Origin: a virus
Virus record (IMG/VR): IMGVR_UViG_3300027863_000006
Length of the DNA stretch: 44,751 nucleotides
Strand: one strand, 5' to 3'
Below are positions 33,516 through 43,039 of this stretch, piece after piece. Within the stretch, counting starts at the first letter, position 1. Every line of letters starts with the position of its first letter. Below the pieces are notes generated by a model that searched no databases, was not told the origin of the DNA, and saw only the letters and a program-made list of their open reading frames with translations. The position numbers and the translations under genes were made by a program.

Positions 33516-34199
33516 TCATGCAGTGGTTTGCTTAACCTTCAAAGTGCAATTCAAACTCTCACCATCAGCAAGTGTTCGGGGTGTAGAAAGCTGGAAATAG
33601 GAAATCAGTAAACCTGTTCCCATGTCCTGCCATGTGACCGTCCCATCATTAACAGTCCCGCCATTAGTGGGCCAGGTTGGCTCAGTTGAGCCTGTAGTCC
33701 CTCCAGTAGTACACTTGTAGAGATGCTTATTGGGTGATGTAGGACGAACCCAATCTCCTATACTCTTAGAGGTATTAGCAGTCCACGTAACTCCCCAAAG
33801 GTTTGTCAGGATAGCATAGGTTACAGTTGACCAGTTTCCACCACTTGCTGTAAAGGTAACGGTCTTTGAGGTTATTTGATAATCGCCTGCATCAAGGGCT
33901 AATGTTGGAAACCCAGTTGCATCCCTTTCAATGAGTTGCCTCTCATAACCCAGTCCATTCGGCTCACCCGTCAAATCGTTCATTACAGAGGTCTTTGTGG
34001 GGGTATAATTTACGAGAGCAATATAAAACCTCTCAACCTGACTTGTCTGCCCTCGATAAAGATCGGTGAGGTGAAAATTCTCACCATCTAAGGCAAGTGA
34101 GTTAACTCCCTTATCAGACCATATTACCTTCCCATCTCGGTCAAGATGCTCTACATACCATTCTATGCTCATCCGCAATGTATCAGCGAATTTGCTCAT
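33516..34199 (-). CDS. Capsid decoration / surface protein candidate
   Basis: 227 aa, directly downstream of the major capsid gene. The C-terminal TGGTTGSTEPTWPTNGGTVNDGTVTWQDMG motif resembles one I recall in phage surface proteins; this is unverified. Confidence 0.35.
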   Translation of the reverse strand: MSKFADTLRMSIEWYVEHLDRDGKVIWSDKGVNSLALDGENFHLTDLYRGQTSQVERFYIALVNYTPTKTSVMNDLTGEPNGLGYERQLIERDATGFPTLALDAGDYQITSKTVTFTASGGNWSTVTYAILTNLWGVTWTANTSKSIGDWVRPTSPNKHLYKCTTGGTTGSTEPTWPTNGGTVNDGTVTWQDMGTGLLISYFQLSTPRTLADGESLNCTLKVKQTTA

Positions 34200-34222
34200 T
34201 TTTCTCTCCTATTAAATACAAA

Positions 34223-34288
34223 GGGAAGCCGCCCCGCTGTTGCTCCCTCTAAAGCCTTAATCTGGATCCCCGCAGGGCGGCTATTCCC
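34223..34288 (-). terminator. GC-rich stem structure downstream of the capsid gene. Possible partial terminator.
   Basis: gggaa+gccgccc (34223..34234) pairs with gggcggc+(ta)+ttccc (34275..34288), giving 12 bp with a 2-nt bulge. A T-rich ctttgtattt follows on the minus strand. The loop is large, about 40 nt. Confidence 0.3.
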
Positions 34289-34319
34289 ATCTATACCAAC
34301 GGGACCCAGAGGCTATCTG

Positions 34320-35885
34320 TTAGCTGATGGCTTCGGTTGGAGCACCAAAGTCATTCACCAGATCCACATTGAACCCACCAATAGGTGCAACATAGACCCT
34401 CGTTCCTACCAGAACGCAAAGAGAGCTCTGGTTCAAGATGATGTTGTTTGTAAATGTTGCATCAGGAACCTTCCACTCTACCCTGCGGGCACCCATAATT
34501 GTGGCTGCACCAAAGCCAAGGAACTTTTCGTAATCAGTTGTCTCTCGTGTAACGAAACGGAAGTATGAGCTCATCCTCTCATTACCGATTTTAGCAAACG
34601 CCAGTGCAATGGCATTAGCACCAAGAATGTACATTGGTGTAACACCCCACTGCTTATTAGCGGCTGTTGGGTTATCAACAAAGTATTGCTGCCCCAACGT
34701 AGTCTGCGTTGCTATATCGTATAGAGCAAGTGAGCTATATCCCGAATCATTATAGTAGTGGAGAGCAACTGCATTCCCACTCCCATCATCCTTGTAATTA
34801 GCGGTTTGCAAACGCAGAAATGTATTCGACGTGGAGAATACTGGGAACTCGGTCAATACATCCGACGCATTTGCGTTTACCTGACCAATGGAATTGTATG
34901 GGAGAAGTGGAATCTTAGAACTCTCATGGAAGACAACGCCGTTCCACATACCCACGGCACCTGTGAAAATTGGGTTATCAGTACCACGAGGCAAAGCGTT
35001 CTGCATAGCCGAGAAGAACTCACTGTTCAACCTGAGAGCAGCAAGTGCAAAAGGATGAAGAACAGCCACGTAAACGTCAATACCCTCATTGGTACGATAA
35101 GCCGGGATACCAGCCGCACGCACATAAGAACCAAGCTCTTCAATTAAAGCTCGATCAATCGTGCGGTAGGCGTGATTACCAAGCGTATAGGCAGTTGTGA
35201 TATACTTCCCTGAGCTGCCTATCTGCGAAAATCCCGGAGCCCCTATACGCTGCAAGTCACCATAGGCATGGGATGCGGTATCATAATAGTGGAATGTGTT
35301 CGGATGAGCATAGGGTGCTACTGGGGATGAGAAGAGATTGCCTCCTGTGAGATCCGCCGAACGCATCAAAACGGGAGCCTGACCCCAGTAAAGGGCTGCA
35401 AAGATATTGTTGTCAATAACGTTGTAACCCCAATCAGAGAGCTCATCCTGAGCATCCTTAATCAAATCCAGTGCGGTTCGCTGAGTCTGCATGTTAACAT
35501 TCTCGACAATGGTAGCATGCCGAAGTTCCTCAATATACAGACTCGTATAACCATACTGGAGTTTCTTCTCAGCACCCGTCAAGATCTCAGCACCAACCGT
35601 ACCCGTTGTATATGGGTCATAGTCAATGTGAGTCTTAATAGGCACAAGCATACGGTCGCCACGATTGCGGTTGAACTCTGAGTATTCAACCACTGGGGCT
35701 CCCTTCACCGTGGTCTCAAGGTTCTCTTCACCTGTAACTGGTTTACCAATGAACTGAGTCCAGAACATCTTCCTGCGAACCAGACTGTGAAGTTCCTTAG
35801 ACCATACCAACTGACTCAGTATTTTCCTCGGGTCAGTAGAGGTTATCGGGAAACCCTTGATTAGATCAGATACGAAATTAGCCAT
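34320..35885 (-). CDS. Major capsid protein
   Basis: 521-aa ORF immediately after the scaffold gene in portal-scaffold-capsid order. Flanked by structured intergenic regions. The call rests on position; no family motif was recognised. Confidence 0.7.
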   Translation of the reverse strand: MANFVSDLIKGFPITSTDPRKILSQLVWSKELHSLVRRKMFWTQFIGKPVTGEENLETTVKGAPVVEYSEFNRNRGDRMLVPIKTHIDYDPYTTGTVGAEILTGAEKKLQYGYTSLYIEELRHATIVENVNMQTQRTALDLIKDAQDELSDWGYNVIDNNIFAALYWGQAPVLMRSADLTGGNLFSSPVAPYAHPNTFHYYDTASHAYGDLQRIGAPGFSQIGSSGKYITTAYTLGNHAYRTIDRALIEELGSYVRAAGIPAYRTNEGIDVYVAVLHPFALAALRLNSEFFSAMQNALPRGTDNPIFTGAVGMWNGVVFHESSKIPLLPYNSIGQVNANASDVLTEFPVFSTSNTFLRLQTANYKDDGSGNAVALHYYNDSGYSSLALYDIATQTTLGQQYFVDNPTAANKQWGVTPMYILGANAIALAFAKIGNERMSSYFRFVTRETTDYEKFLGFGAATIMGARRVEWKVPDATFTNNIILNQSSLCVLVGTRVYVAPIGGFNVDLVNDFGAPTEAIS

Positions 35886-35988
35886 GTTAATTCACCAAAG
35901 TAATTAGTCGCTGTTACGGGTTTATCACAGCCTTGTTCGCTCTATCCCTATCTCGCAAAGATATAGAGAAAGATTTTGAACAAGCCGT

Positions 35989-36840
35989 TTATTTAGTCCC
36001 AAGCAACATATCAGCAAATGAAGATAAGATGTTATCCTTATCCTCAGATGCCAACGCCTGGGATAGTTTACTTAAATTCACTTCCTTACCACCAGAGGGT
36101 GCTGGACTACCAGCGGTTTTCTTCACTGGAGACAACCCCCAACCCTCAAGAACTTTCTTCGCCATCTCCTGAAGATGTGTATAAGCATCCTCAAGAGATA
36201 GGTTGTTCGATTGAGCGTAACGAGCTATCTCCATAAGCTGTTGATCCCCAACCTCCGGGTGATTAGAACGAAATGTTTGTAGAACACTCTGTGCTTCTGA
36301 GAGCTTCTGCAATCTCTCATTTACCGCCTTATCTACAGCCTGAGCTATAAGCTGTTGGATACCACTCAACTTTTTGGAAAGCAATTTCTCGATTGCCTTC
36401 TCAGGCTCAGTTACAAAATCAAGTTCTTCTTCAGTTTCACTATCCCCCGCCGATGGAATGGGAGTATTGATGCCAGCGGCACGATCCAGAAGAACCTTAA
36501 CAATATCAGGATTCCTTTCAAGGGCATCGAGAATAGGCTTATACTCATCCAGCTTCTTAGAACTCTCGGTGAGTTCCGCTTGAGCCTTCTTAAGACCATC
36601 TACCTCAGCCTGAAGCTTCTTATACGCCTGTTCCGCCTCTTCGTAGGTGGAGAACCGATCAAACCACTTCTCTTTGCCTGATGGCGGTTTTAATTCAGGC
36701 GTGCCCTCAACCAGCTCACTCAAGAGCTTCTCTACATCAGGGGGCTCAGAAGATGTTTGCTTTTGTGAACCTTCATCTGTCTTACCCTGAACAGCTTCTT
36801 CAGTCTTTTTTAAGGTCTCCTCATCCAATTCGATTGCCAT
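35989..36840 (-). CDS. Scaffolding protein
   Basis: 283 aa, acidic, helical and coiled-coil (EAEQAYKKLQAEVDGLKKAQAELTESSKKLDEYK). Lies between the portal and capsid genes. Confidence 0.7.
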   Translation of the reverse strand: MAIELDEETLKKTEEAVQGKTDEGSQKQTSSEPPDVEKLLSELVEGTPELKPPSGKEKWFDRFSTYEEAEQAYKKLQAEVDGLKKAQAELTESSKKLDEYKPILDALERNPDIVKVLLDRAAGINTPIPSAGDSETEEELDFVTEPEKAIEKLLSKKLSGIQQLIAQAVDKAVNERLQKLSEAQSVLQTFRSNHPEVGDQQLMEIARYAQSNNLSLEDAYTHLQEMAKKVLEGWGLSPVKKTAGSPAPSGGKEVNLSKLSQALASEDKDNILSSFADMLLGTK

Positions 36841-36855
36841 AACACATCTCCTCTT

Positions 36856-38757
36856 TTACATCCCTCGACCTCGTTGCTCATAAGGAAGATTCCCTATGGG
36901 GCGTTCAGTCTTAGGTTGTTCTTGCTGTTGTTGCTCCTCACCAGCACCCGGCATACCACCCTGCCCTTGCTGCATAGCTTGCTGTTGAGCAGCCTGTTGC
37001 ATCTGTTTATTATATGCCAGAATCTCCTGCTTGAATGGTAGATTCATTAACCGCAATATGATTTCTGGCGGTATCACAAGCGGCGTGGGCTGGATAAGCC
37101 TGAGCTGTGCCGCCTTCAAAATATCTTTGAATTTCTCGTCACGTTCCGTCGGTGTATCTCCTACAATCTCACACTCTACATCAAGATCAGCATTAACAAG
37201 CGAAAGCACATTTATCTCCTTACCTAACTGCTGATTCAGCATCAACAGTTGCGGCTCTTGACCTTCCCGCTCTATCAACAACGGATAATCCGATGGAATA
37301 ACTCTTTGAGCAATCCTGAATATCAAATAAGCGAGCCGCTTTCTCATAGCCATATAATTATCGATATAAGAAGAAATGTAAACCATTGACTGCTGCTGTA
37401 AGCTCTGAACAGCACGAGCTGATTGAATCCTCCTTGGTAAAGTTCCTAAAAGTGCGTCTGTCATTCCAAGAATATCCTTCAACTGCTGTTCCCCCCGCAT
37501 CTCAAGACTATTAAGAGCTTGAATTACCTGGAATGAATCCGCCATAAGCGGTTGTGGAGCTTCTACTCCGGGATTGATCTCAACAATTCGTGCGTTCTCA
37601 TCTTCCAGTTTATCCTCAGCCTCAGCTCGCTCAGAGTCAGTGCTCCAAGTGCCTTTACGAACCCACCACTTCCCTGCGGGAGCATGCCGCAACACCTCTA
37701 AAGCATAACTCTTCCGACGATTTATGTCATCCTGAGGATATCTGGCATCATGGTAGATCCCCTTGCTATTACCCAATACATTGTAACCCCACATAGGAAC
37801 AACATCATACTCTGGAATACCATAGGGGTCAATAGTCTCATCGAGAATCTCATCGCCGCAAAATGTTGTAATCTTAACTCTCTTAACACGCTTCTTCTCA
37901 AGACTGAGGGATACTCCCTCTTTCTTTGACTCCTTAATCTTCTTCAGAACTTCTTTCTCATCAAGATTACGAGGCACCTCATAATAAGTTCCAGTTGTAT
38001 TATCCTTGATGAAATAGAGATTCTCCGAAAACTTCTCTTGATACCGAACTACCTCATACTTCTCAGTAGGGGTTATTTGAGTAATCTGTGCTATATGCAT
38101 ACCAGCAAGCTCCCCATAATCTGCTATGAGTGGGAGCGTATCGTGCACAGGTAACTTGAAGAGAAACTTCTTAGGTAAACGGTCGATTACCCGCTCCTTC
38201 TCAGGATAAAGATCCAGCAGCTTCTCTTTGGATAGATAGTTAATCTCAAATACATACTCAGCATCATCAAGGTCTGGCTCAATGGAAAACGGATCCCAAT
38301 ACACAAGCCGTGGGTCAAGAACCCTAACTCTTATCTGACCGTTCGGGTCTTTACTGAAATCTACATAAGGTTGAACAAACGCCTGACCAGTGAGAACTCC
38401 CACAAGAAAAGTTGACTTTAGTTTATCCTCAACATGGTCACGCTTATAGATATTTTTAACAAGTCCACTCACGGCATAGGCAAGATTGTCCTGAAATACA
38501 GAGAGCTCCCTTGCTGGATAGAACCGTTCAGCAAAGTGCTGCTGGGAAATAAAGCCATAGAAAAAGTTAACTATCCGAGCGACATAGTTGTAAACAAGGG
38601 GACGCCTCCCTGTCTGAGTAAGTTGAGCAAGGTCATCATCATCCCACTGAAGACCGAAGTAATACCTCAGCCCACCATGAACATCAATCTTACCCCTTGC
38701 CTGCTTCTCTATGGTCTTTATGACCTTATCACGTATTTCATCAAGATCAGTCTTCAT
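36856..38757 (-). CDS. Portal protein
   Basis: 633 aa. The N-terminal LRYYFGLQWDDDDLAQLTQTGRRPLVYNYVARIVNFFYG matches the common portal pattern (Y.G.QW...L...gR....N.i). It has a Q-rich C-terminal tail and lies downstream of the terminase. Confidence 0.8.
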   Translation of the reverse strand: MKTDLDEIRDKVIKTIEKQARGKIDVHGGLRYYFGLQWDDDDLAQLTQTGRRPLVYNYVARIVNFFYGFISQQHFAERFYPARELSVFQDNLAYAVSGLVKNIYKRDHVEDKLKSTFLVGVLTGQAFVQPYVDFSKDPNGQIRVRVLDPRLVYWDPFSIEPDLDDAEYVFEINYLSKEKLLDLYPEKERVIDRLPKKFLFKLPVHDTLPLIADYGELAGMHIAQITQITPTEKYEVVRYQEKFSENLYFIKDNTTGTYYEVPRNLDEKEVLKKIKESKKEGVSLSLEKKRVKRVKITTFCGDEILDETIDPYGIPEYDVVPMWGYNVLGNSKGIYHDARYPQDDINRRKSYALEVLRHAPAGKWWVRKGTWSTDSERAEAEDKLEDENARIVEINPGVEAPQPLMADSFQVIQALNSLEMRGEQQLKDILGMTDALLGTLPRRIQSARAVQSLQQQSMVYISSYIDNYMAMRKRLAYLIFRIAQRVIPSDYPLLIEREGQEPQLLMLNQQLGKEINVLSLVNADLDVECEIVGDTPTERDEKFKDILKAAQLRLIQPTPLVIPPEIILRLMNLPFKQEILAYNKQMQQAAQQQAMQQGQGGMPGAGEEQQQQEQPKTERPIGNLPYEQRGRGM

Positions 38758-38759
38758 AA

Positions 38760-39146
38760 TTACTCAGTCTTTGATGTGAGAAAATAAAATGCCTGATCAA
38801 TAGCCTTCTCATAATCCTCCCAATCCACTCCAAGAAGACCAGCAAGCATTCTTTCAAATGCTTCGGCGATAACGTGCTCATTATGATAGGGAGCGTCTGG
38901 CAAATCACCCGGCTCATCGACATCTATATGTTCCTCATCGAATTTTTTAATATCCTCTTCGGCAATCCCATGTGCCTGTGTTAGCATCCACTCTACAAAC
39001 TCGTGGAAAAAGATTAAAAGTTCGTAGGTCTCATTACGTAACCTTGCCGAACGAAACGCCCATTTTGTCAATGCTACTCGATAGTAGTCACCCGCTGTTA
39101 TGTATCTCATCTCATTCAGCGGAATGTCTTTATACTCAATCTCCAT
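38760..39146 (-). CDS. Hypothetical acidic protein
   Basis: 128-aa ORF between the methyltransferase and portal genes, overlapping the methyltransferase gene end. Confidence 0.5.
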   Translation of the reverse strand: MEIEYKDIPLNEMRYITAGDYYRVALTKWAFRSARLRNETYELLIFFHEFVEWMLTQAHGIAEEDIKKFDEEHIDVDEPGDLPDAPYHNEHVIAEAFERMLAGLLGVDWEDYEKAIDQAFYFLTSKTE

Positions 39147-39642
39147 CCTTCACCCCACGACAAATTGTTTGCCACTTGACTTTTGCAACCAAATATGGGC
39201 AGTCCTCAAGAATCTCTACATTCTTAAAATGCTTACGCATATACATTAAGAGAATGTCTTCCGTAAAGACCCGCTTATGCATTAACTCAAAACTTGTCCC
39301 CTTCGGATCACCATATTGTTCCCAATAACACCCAAAGACAATTTGATTAAGATGGTCAAGTTCAACTCTTCCCTCCCGATACTCTTTTAGTCCCTTCTCA
39401 ATATCCGGGACTGTTACAATAATTGTCCCGCCGGGCTTCAGCACTCTCTTCCACTCTTCTAAAGCCACATCTGTATAAATAAGATGTTCTAAAATATGCC
39501 CAGCATAAATCTCATCCACTGAATTGTTATCATAAGGCAACACCCGAACATCGGCGACTACATCTGGCTTCACTGAGGGGTCAATATCAATGTTCACAAA
39601 CCCAGGGAGCTTCCATTGATTGCAACCGAGGTTCAGCTTCAT
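39136..39642 (-). CDS. Class I SAM-dependent methyltransferase (Methyltransf_11-like)
   Basis: LNLGCNQWKLPGFVNIDI (motif I), VDEIYAGHILEHL and LKPGGTIIVTVPD. ATGA overlap with terL. Confidence 0.8.
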   Translation of the reverse strand: MKLNLGCNQWKLPGFVNIDIDPSVKPDVVADVRVLPYDNNSVDEIYAGHILEHLIYTDVALEEWKRVLKPGGTIIVTVPDIEKGLKEYREGRVELDHLNQIVFGCYWEQYGDPKGTSFELMHKRVFTEDILLMYMRKHFKNVEILEDCPYLVAKVKWQTICRGVKDGD

Positions 39643-41060
39643 ACCAATCTCCAGAGATCAAGATTAACCTTCCTCCGTCTCATTGTCCTCTGGAACTTGT
39701 CCAGATCCGAAAAGATATAGTCTATGAGTTGCTTCTTTGGCTCAACCATCTTAGGTCCTTGCTGATGCGGGATACCGCCGAATGAATCTATTGCAAACTG
39801 AGCGGCATATCTCAATGCATCTATCGCATGATCGGCTTTCTTTTCCGCTCCTTCAGGAGGATTTTCCTTTTCTCTTCGAGCGGGACCCAGCTCTCTAAAA
39901 GACAGTTTCTCCATTTCCTGTTTAAGGTTCGTAGCCATAAGGGAAATTCTAAGCCTGCCTTTGTCAAGTAACTCCTGAACACGGAGCATACTGCCCATAC
40001 GGTCTGTAGTTCCGGGAATAGCAGGTATGTAATTATGAACAAAGTCATTATAGACGTTAAGTCCATCTCTTATTCCTGTGCTTTGCTTAGTATGCGGATC
40101 TATGACATATAGAGGCTGGATTCCCCACATCTCATTGCGTTCCCTAATCATGGTAGCAAACTCACTTATCAATGTTCCAGCCTTGTAAATCTCATCAAAG
40201 ACTATCCCAACATGATCTTTAGAGCTCCACGCTGTATAGACAGCCGCTGATGGGTTTGTTCGTCCATAATCAATCCCAACAATAAACATATCGTATTGTG
40301 CAAGATCCTTCTTCTCCAGAGGGACAGTAAACATCTCTGGCTTGAGGTTGAACACCTTAGCCGACCAATCAGATAGGGAGGCATAAATATATCTCTGCTT
40401 CCACCAATCTGGCATTGAGAAGAGTTCATTGTAGTAATCCTTTGGTAAGTTCTCTTTATTGACCTCAGTAGAAACTACCCATGTTTCTGATTGTGGGGAG
40501 ATGTAGTGTGTATCTGAGACTTTCCTGACATCATCTCCTTTAATGAACTCTTCAACGATCCAATTAGCTCCCGCATCGTTAGCGACCCAGATAAAAACTC
40601 TTCCAGAGGCGGGACGGCGAAGTCGAGTTTTACGAACATGAAGTAGAGAAGCCCCGTTAATTTCTTCTGCTTGATCAACTGCGATAAGTCCGAGATTTGC
40701 ACTTTCAATTTTCTTAAACCCTCCCTTAGATTCATCCAGACCTGTATAAATAAGGGTTGAGCCATTTATCAAATTGATTATCCCGTTATTCTTATCCTGT
40801 GAGAGTATAAGCTTCTCAGGTAAAAGTTCATAGAGAACTGGTAGTGTACTTGATATCAACCTACTCTTCTCAAGTCGGAGCAAGACCCCAAGATTGTTCG
40901 GATACTTCAGTAATTGGATCAGTATCTCCATACACAAGGTAGTGGTCTTACCAGATCCAACGCCTCCTATGACACCACGATTCTTGCGTGTAGAGGCATG
41001 GAACTCCCTCTGGTATGGGAGCATCTTGCCGGGATAGTTAATATGTATCGTCTCTGCCAT
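39639..41060 (-). CDS. terL: Terminase large subunit
   Basis: Walker A GGVGSGKTTT, Walker B LGLIAVDQAEE, and a C-terminal RNase H-like nuclease region (VGIDYG..., ADHAIDALRYA). Confidence 0.9.
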   Translation of the reverse strand: MAETIHINYPGKMLPYQREFHASTRKNRGVIGGVGSGKTTTLCMEILIQLLKYPNNLGVLLRLEKSRLISSTLPVLYELLPEKLILSQDKNNGIINLINGSTLIYTGLDESKGGFKKIESANLGLIAVDQAEEINGASLLHVRKTRLRRPASGRVFIWVANDAGANWIVEEFIKGDDVRKVSDTHYISPQSETWVVSTEVNKENLPKDYYNELFSMPDWWKQRYIYASLSDWSAKVFNLKPEMFTVPLEKKDLAQYDMFIVGIDYGRTNPSAAVYTAWSSKDHVGIVFDEIYKAGTLISEFATMIRERNEMWGIQPLYVIDPHTKQSTGIRDGLNVYNDFVHNYIPAIPGTTDRMGSMLRVQELLDKGRLRISLMATNLKQEMEKLSFRELGPARREKENPPEGAEKKADHAIDALRYAAQFAIDSFGGIPHQQGPKMVEPKKQLIDYIFSDLDKFQRTMRRRKVNLDLWRLV

Positions 41061-41086
41061 GCTTCTCGTGACGCCTGTAGACCCGC

Positions 41087-41842
41087 TTACTCGGTATCAC
41101 CTTCGGTGACTTCCTCGGCAACGGCAACCTCGGCGGCTTCAACTTTATCTTCAGCTTTACCTTTAACTTCAAGTTGCTCTCCCAGTATCACAACATTCAA
41201 CGTCTGCCCAAAGTTCCTCTTAACCTCCCCTGCCAACTCTAAGGCAAACTCCCGTTCCTGAAAGGTGGATGAAGGAGCTAAAGCCTCCGCTATCATTGAC
41301 CCTTTAAGTATGCTGATGGCAGCACCTAACCTTGAGGTTAGCTCCTTGTTCACCCACTCTACAAACTCAGGGGTCGCATACCACTTCTTAAGCGTACGTG
41401 GGTTGATTCCCGTTATACGTCCCAACTCGGCATAAGAGAATCCGTTCATCCTCGAACGGATCTGTGCAGAGTTCTCTACTATCCAATCTACAAACTCCTT
41501 CTGCCGCTTGTTGGGAAAGAATGGGCGGTATACGCTAACCCCTCCCTTTGCAACTTTCTCAAGATTCTCCAAGAAAACCTCCCTCAAAGTATCAATGATG
41601 ATGCTTTTAACACTACGAATAAATAAAGTCTCAAGTATCGCCTGATTTGTAACCTCAACCACATAATAGCCATACTCTATCTGGGGCTCCATCGATGTCC
41701 CCTTGAGCAACCCATCTCTCTGTAACTCAAGGGTGATGAATCTATACGGTATCCCTAAACCCCTAAGAAATAACGCCTTCCAAAACTCGTATTTCAGCTT
41801 TCTCAGGCTTACTCTGCTCAGAACTCTCGTTACTTTGTGCAT
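41087..41842 (-). CDS. terS: Terminase small subunit candidate
   Basis: HTH FSYAELGRITGINPRTLKKWYATPEFVEWV, an acidic C-terminal tail, and a position immediately upstream of terL. The true start may be M51 at 41692 (AAGGGG RBS), which would remove the 80-nt overlap with 41763..41987. Confidence 0.55.
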   Translation of the reverse strand: MHKVTRVLSRVSLRKLKYEFWKALFLRGLGIPYRFITLELQRDGLLKGTSMEPQIEYGYYVVEVTNQAILETLFIRSVKSIIIDTLREVFLENLEKVAKGGVSVYRPFFPNKRQKEFVDWIVENSAQIRSRMNGFSYAELGRITGINPRTLKKWYATPEFVEWVNKELTSRLGAAISILKGSMIAEALAPSSTFQEREFALELAGEVKRNFGQTLNVVILGEQLEVKGKAEDKVEAAEVAVAEEVTEGDTE

Positions 41843-41987
41843 CCGCCATCACATACCAGTTAGTAGGATACCACGTATAGTAGTAAGGCAATGGTGGATA
41901 GGGATACCACCCAGGATAATAGTGATTCTGTGGATATACCACATAAATAACAATCGGCGGAGAAGAAGCTGTGAAACCGTTTTCCAT
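41763..41987 (-). CDS. Tyr/Pro/Trp-rich small protein
   Basis: Strong RBS GGAGG 4 nt before the ATG. The sequence includes IYVVYPQNHYYPGWYPYPPLPYYYTWYPTNWYV followed by an acidic tail. Confidence 0.55.
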   Translation of the reverse strand: MENGFTASSPPIVIYVVYPQNHYYPGWYPYPPLPYYYTWYPTNWYVMADAQSNESSEQSKPEKAEIRVLEGVIS

Positions 41988-42002
41988 ATTACCTCCGTTG
42001 AG

Positions 42003-42644
42003 CTACAGGCCTATAAATACGTGTTCGTAACCCCACCCATTCGCTGGACAAAACGCCGCTGGCGGGGTTGTGTCTATATCAAGACTATTATCCCTCAATA
42101 CGTTCCTACCCAACGTCTTCTCCAGAACAGCCCTGACTAATGCTGAACATACGAGGGCTTTATCACTAAAATCAAATATCTTCCTTGCACGTCGTTTCTG
42201 AGAAATCTCAAGGTCAACCAACTGACCTATATCGTAGATATACCCATCAAAGGGAACAGCGTTGTATAACAAACCTAATGCTACAGTACCATCCTTAATC
42301 AGAAGCTTAGGGAAACTCCGATTCCGCATAATAGCAACACTATTCCGCTTTACAAGTTCCTCAAAGCCAGCTTCATCCAAAACATCAAACCGAGCCGAGG
42401 GGCGAAGCAAACTGAATGTTGTCTGGAAAATCAATGGGGGTTTGCTCCCAAACCGCCCTACCACTAAAATAGCATGTGTCATCGCATGAGCAATGGGAAG
42501 ACTATGAGGATCTTTCGGGATTAACTTTTTGTTGTAACGGCGGATGAGAAATGTTAAAAGCCTACCCGGAATATCCCACCACTTATATCGTCGTGGAGTG
42601 GTTAAAATTACATCCCCTGCTTGAAGGTCATCAATACCTATCAT
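42003..42644 (-). CDS. Permuted papain-like amidase (YiiX / C92-like), endolysin candidate
   Basis: LQAGDVILTT..., the His region IAHAMTHAILVVG, and a later Cys in KALVCSALVRAV. This His-before-Cys order is typical of the C92 family. Confidence 0.55.
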   Translation of the reverse strand: MIGIDDLQAGDVILTTPRRYKWWDIPGRLLTFLIRRYNKKLIPKDPHSLPIAHAMTHAILVVGRFGSKPPLIFQTTFSLLRPSARFDVLDEAGFEELVKRNSVAIMRNRSFPKLLIKDGTVALGLLYNAVPFDGYIYDIGQLVDLEISQKRRARKIFDFSDKALVCSALVRAVLEKTLGRNVLRDNSLDIDTTPPAAFCPANGWGYEHVFIGL

Positions 42645-42805
42645 GGTGACATCTTTCGTAACATTCCCGTAACATTCGGTTGTTGCAACTGCGATATAAG
42701 GAATAGAAGAGGGGGTCTATCTGCTATCCCCCGGCGGACCTTCCTTTTGATTAGCTTATTTTTACCTCCTGATTTTCGTCTTGTGCTAATTCTGATTTTG
42801 TACAT
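42641..42805 (-). CDS. Unannotated 54-aa highly basic protein
   Basis: MYKIRISTRRKSGGKNKLIKRKVRRGIADRPPLLFLISQLQQPNVTGMLRKMSP. The stop overlaps the amidase start as ATGA. It lies in the 245-nt leader of the late operon and is below the ORF-track cutoff. The RBS is weak (GAG). Confidence 0.4.
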   Translation of the reverse strand: MYKIRISTRRKSGGKNKLIKRKVRRGIADRPPLLFLISQLQQPNVTGMLRKMSP

Positions 42806-42894
42806 CTCAAATCGTTTATCTACTGAATCTTGCCTTCTGCATTTCGCTCTTCTCGCAGCTATTGAAGCTGCTCGAAGAGCTATTAGTTAATAGT

Positions 42895-42923
42895 AATATA
42901 CAAAACTTTTTTACCGCATGCAA
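42895..42923 (-). promoter_or_regulatory. Sigma70-like promoter (TTGCAT-N17-TATATT) of the morphogenesis operon
   Basis: The minus strand reads ccttacTTGCATgcggtaaaaaagttttgTATATT. It shares the 13-nt box ccttacttgcatg with the promoter at 44165..44193. Confidence 0.55.
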
Positions 42924-43021
42924 GTAAGGTTGTCATTTATTAACAATTTTTAATCTAATTTTCATGGAAATTTCATCTCTTCTTCCAAACCTTCAAATTT
43001 GAGCTATTTTCGATACCTCTT

Positions 43022-43038
43022 TGTGCAATTTTTGCACA
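43022..43038. promoter_or_regulatory. Inverted repeat TGTGCAA-N3-TTGCACA just past the glycosyltransferase stop
   Basis: Perfect 7-bp arms with a 3-nt spacer and no U-tract. A related tttttgcacaaaa lies 20 nt away at about 43054..43066. Confidence 0.45.
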
Positions 43039-43039
43039 C

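Noticed and set aside
38760-39146. FHEFVEW as a zinc-metallopeptidase HExxH motif
   Set aside because: The sequence is HEFVE, not HExxH, and no supporting third ligand motif is visible.
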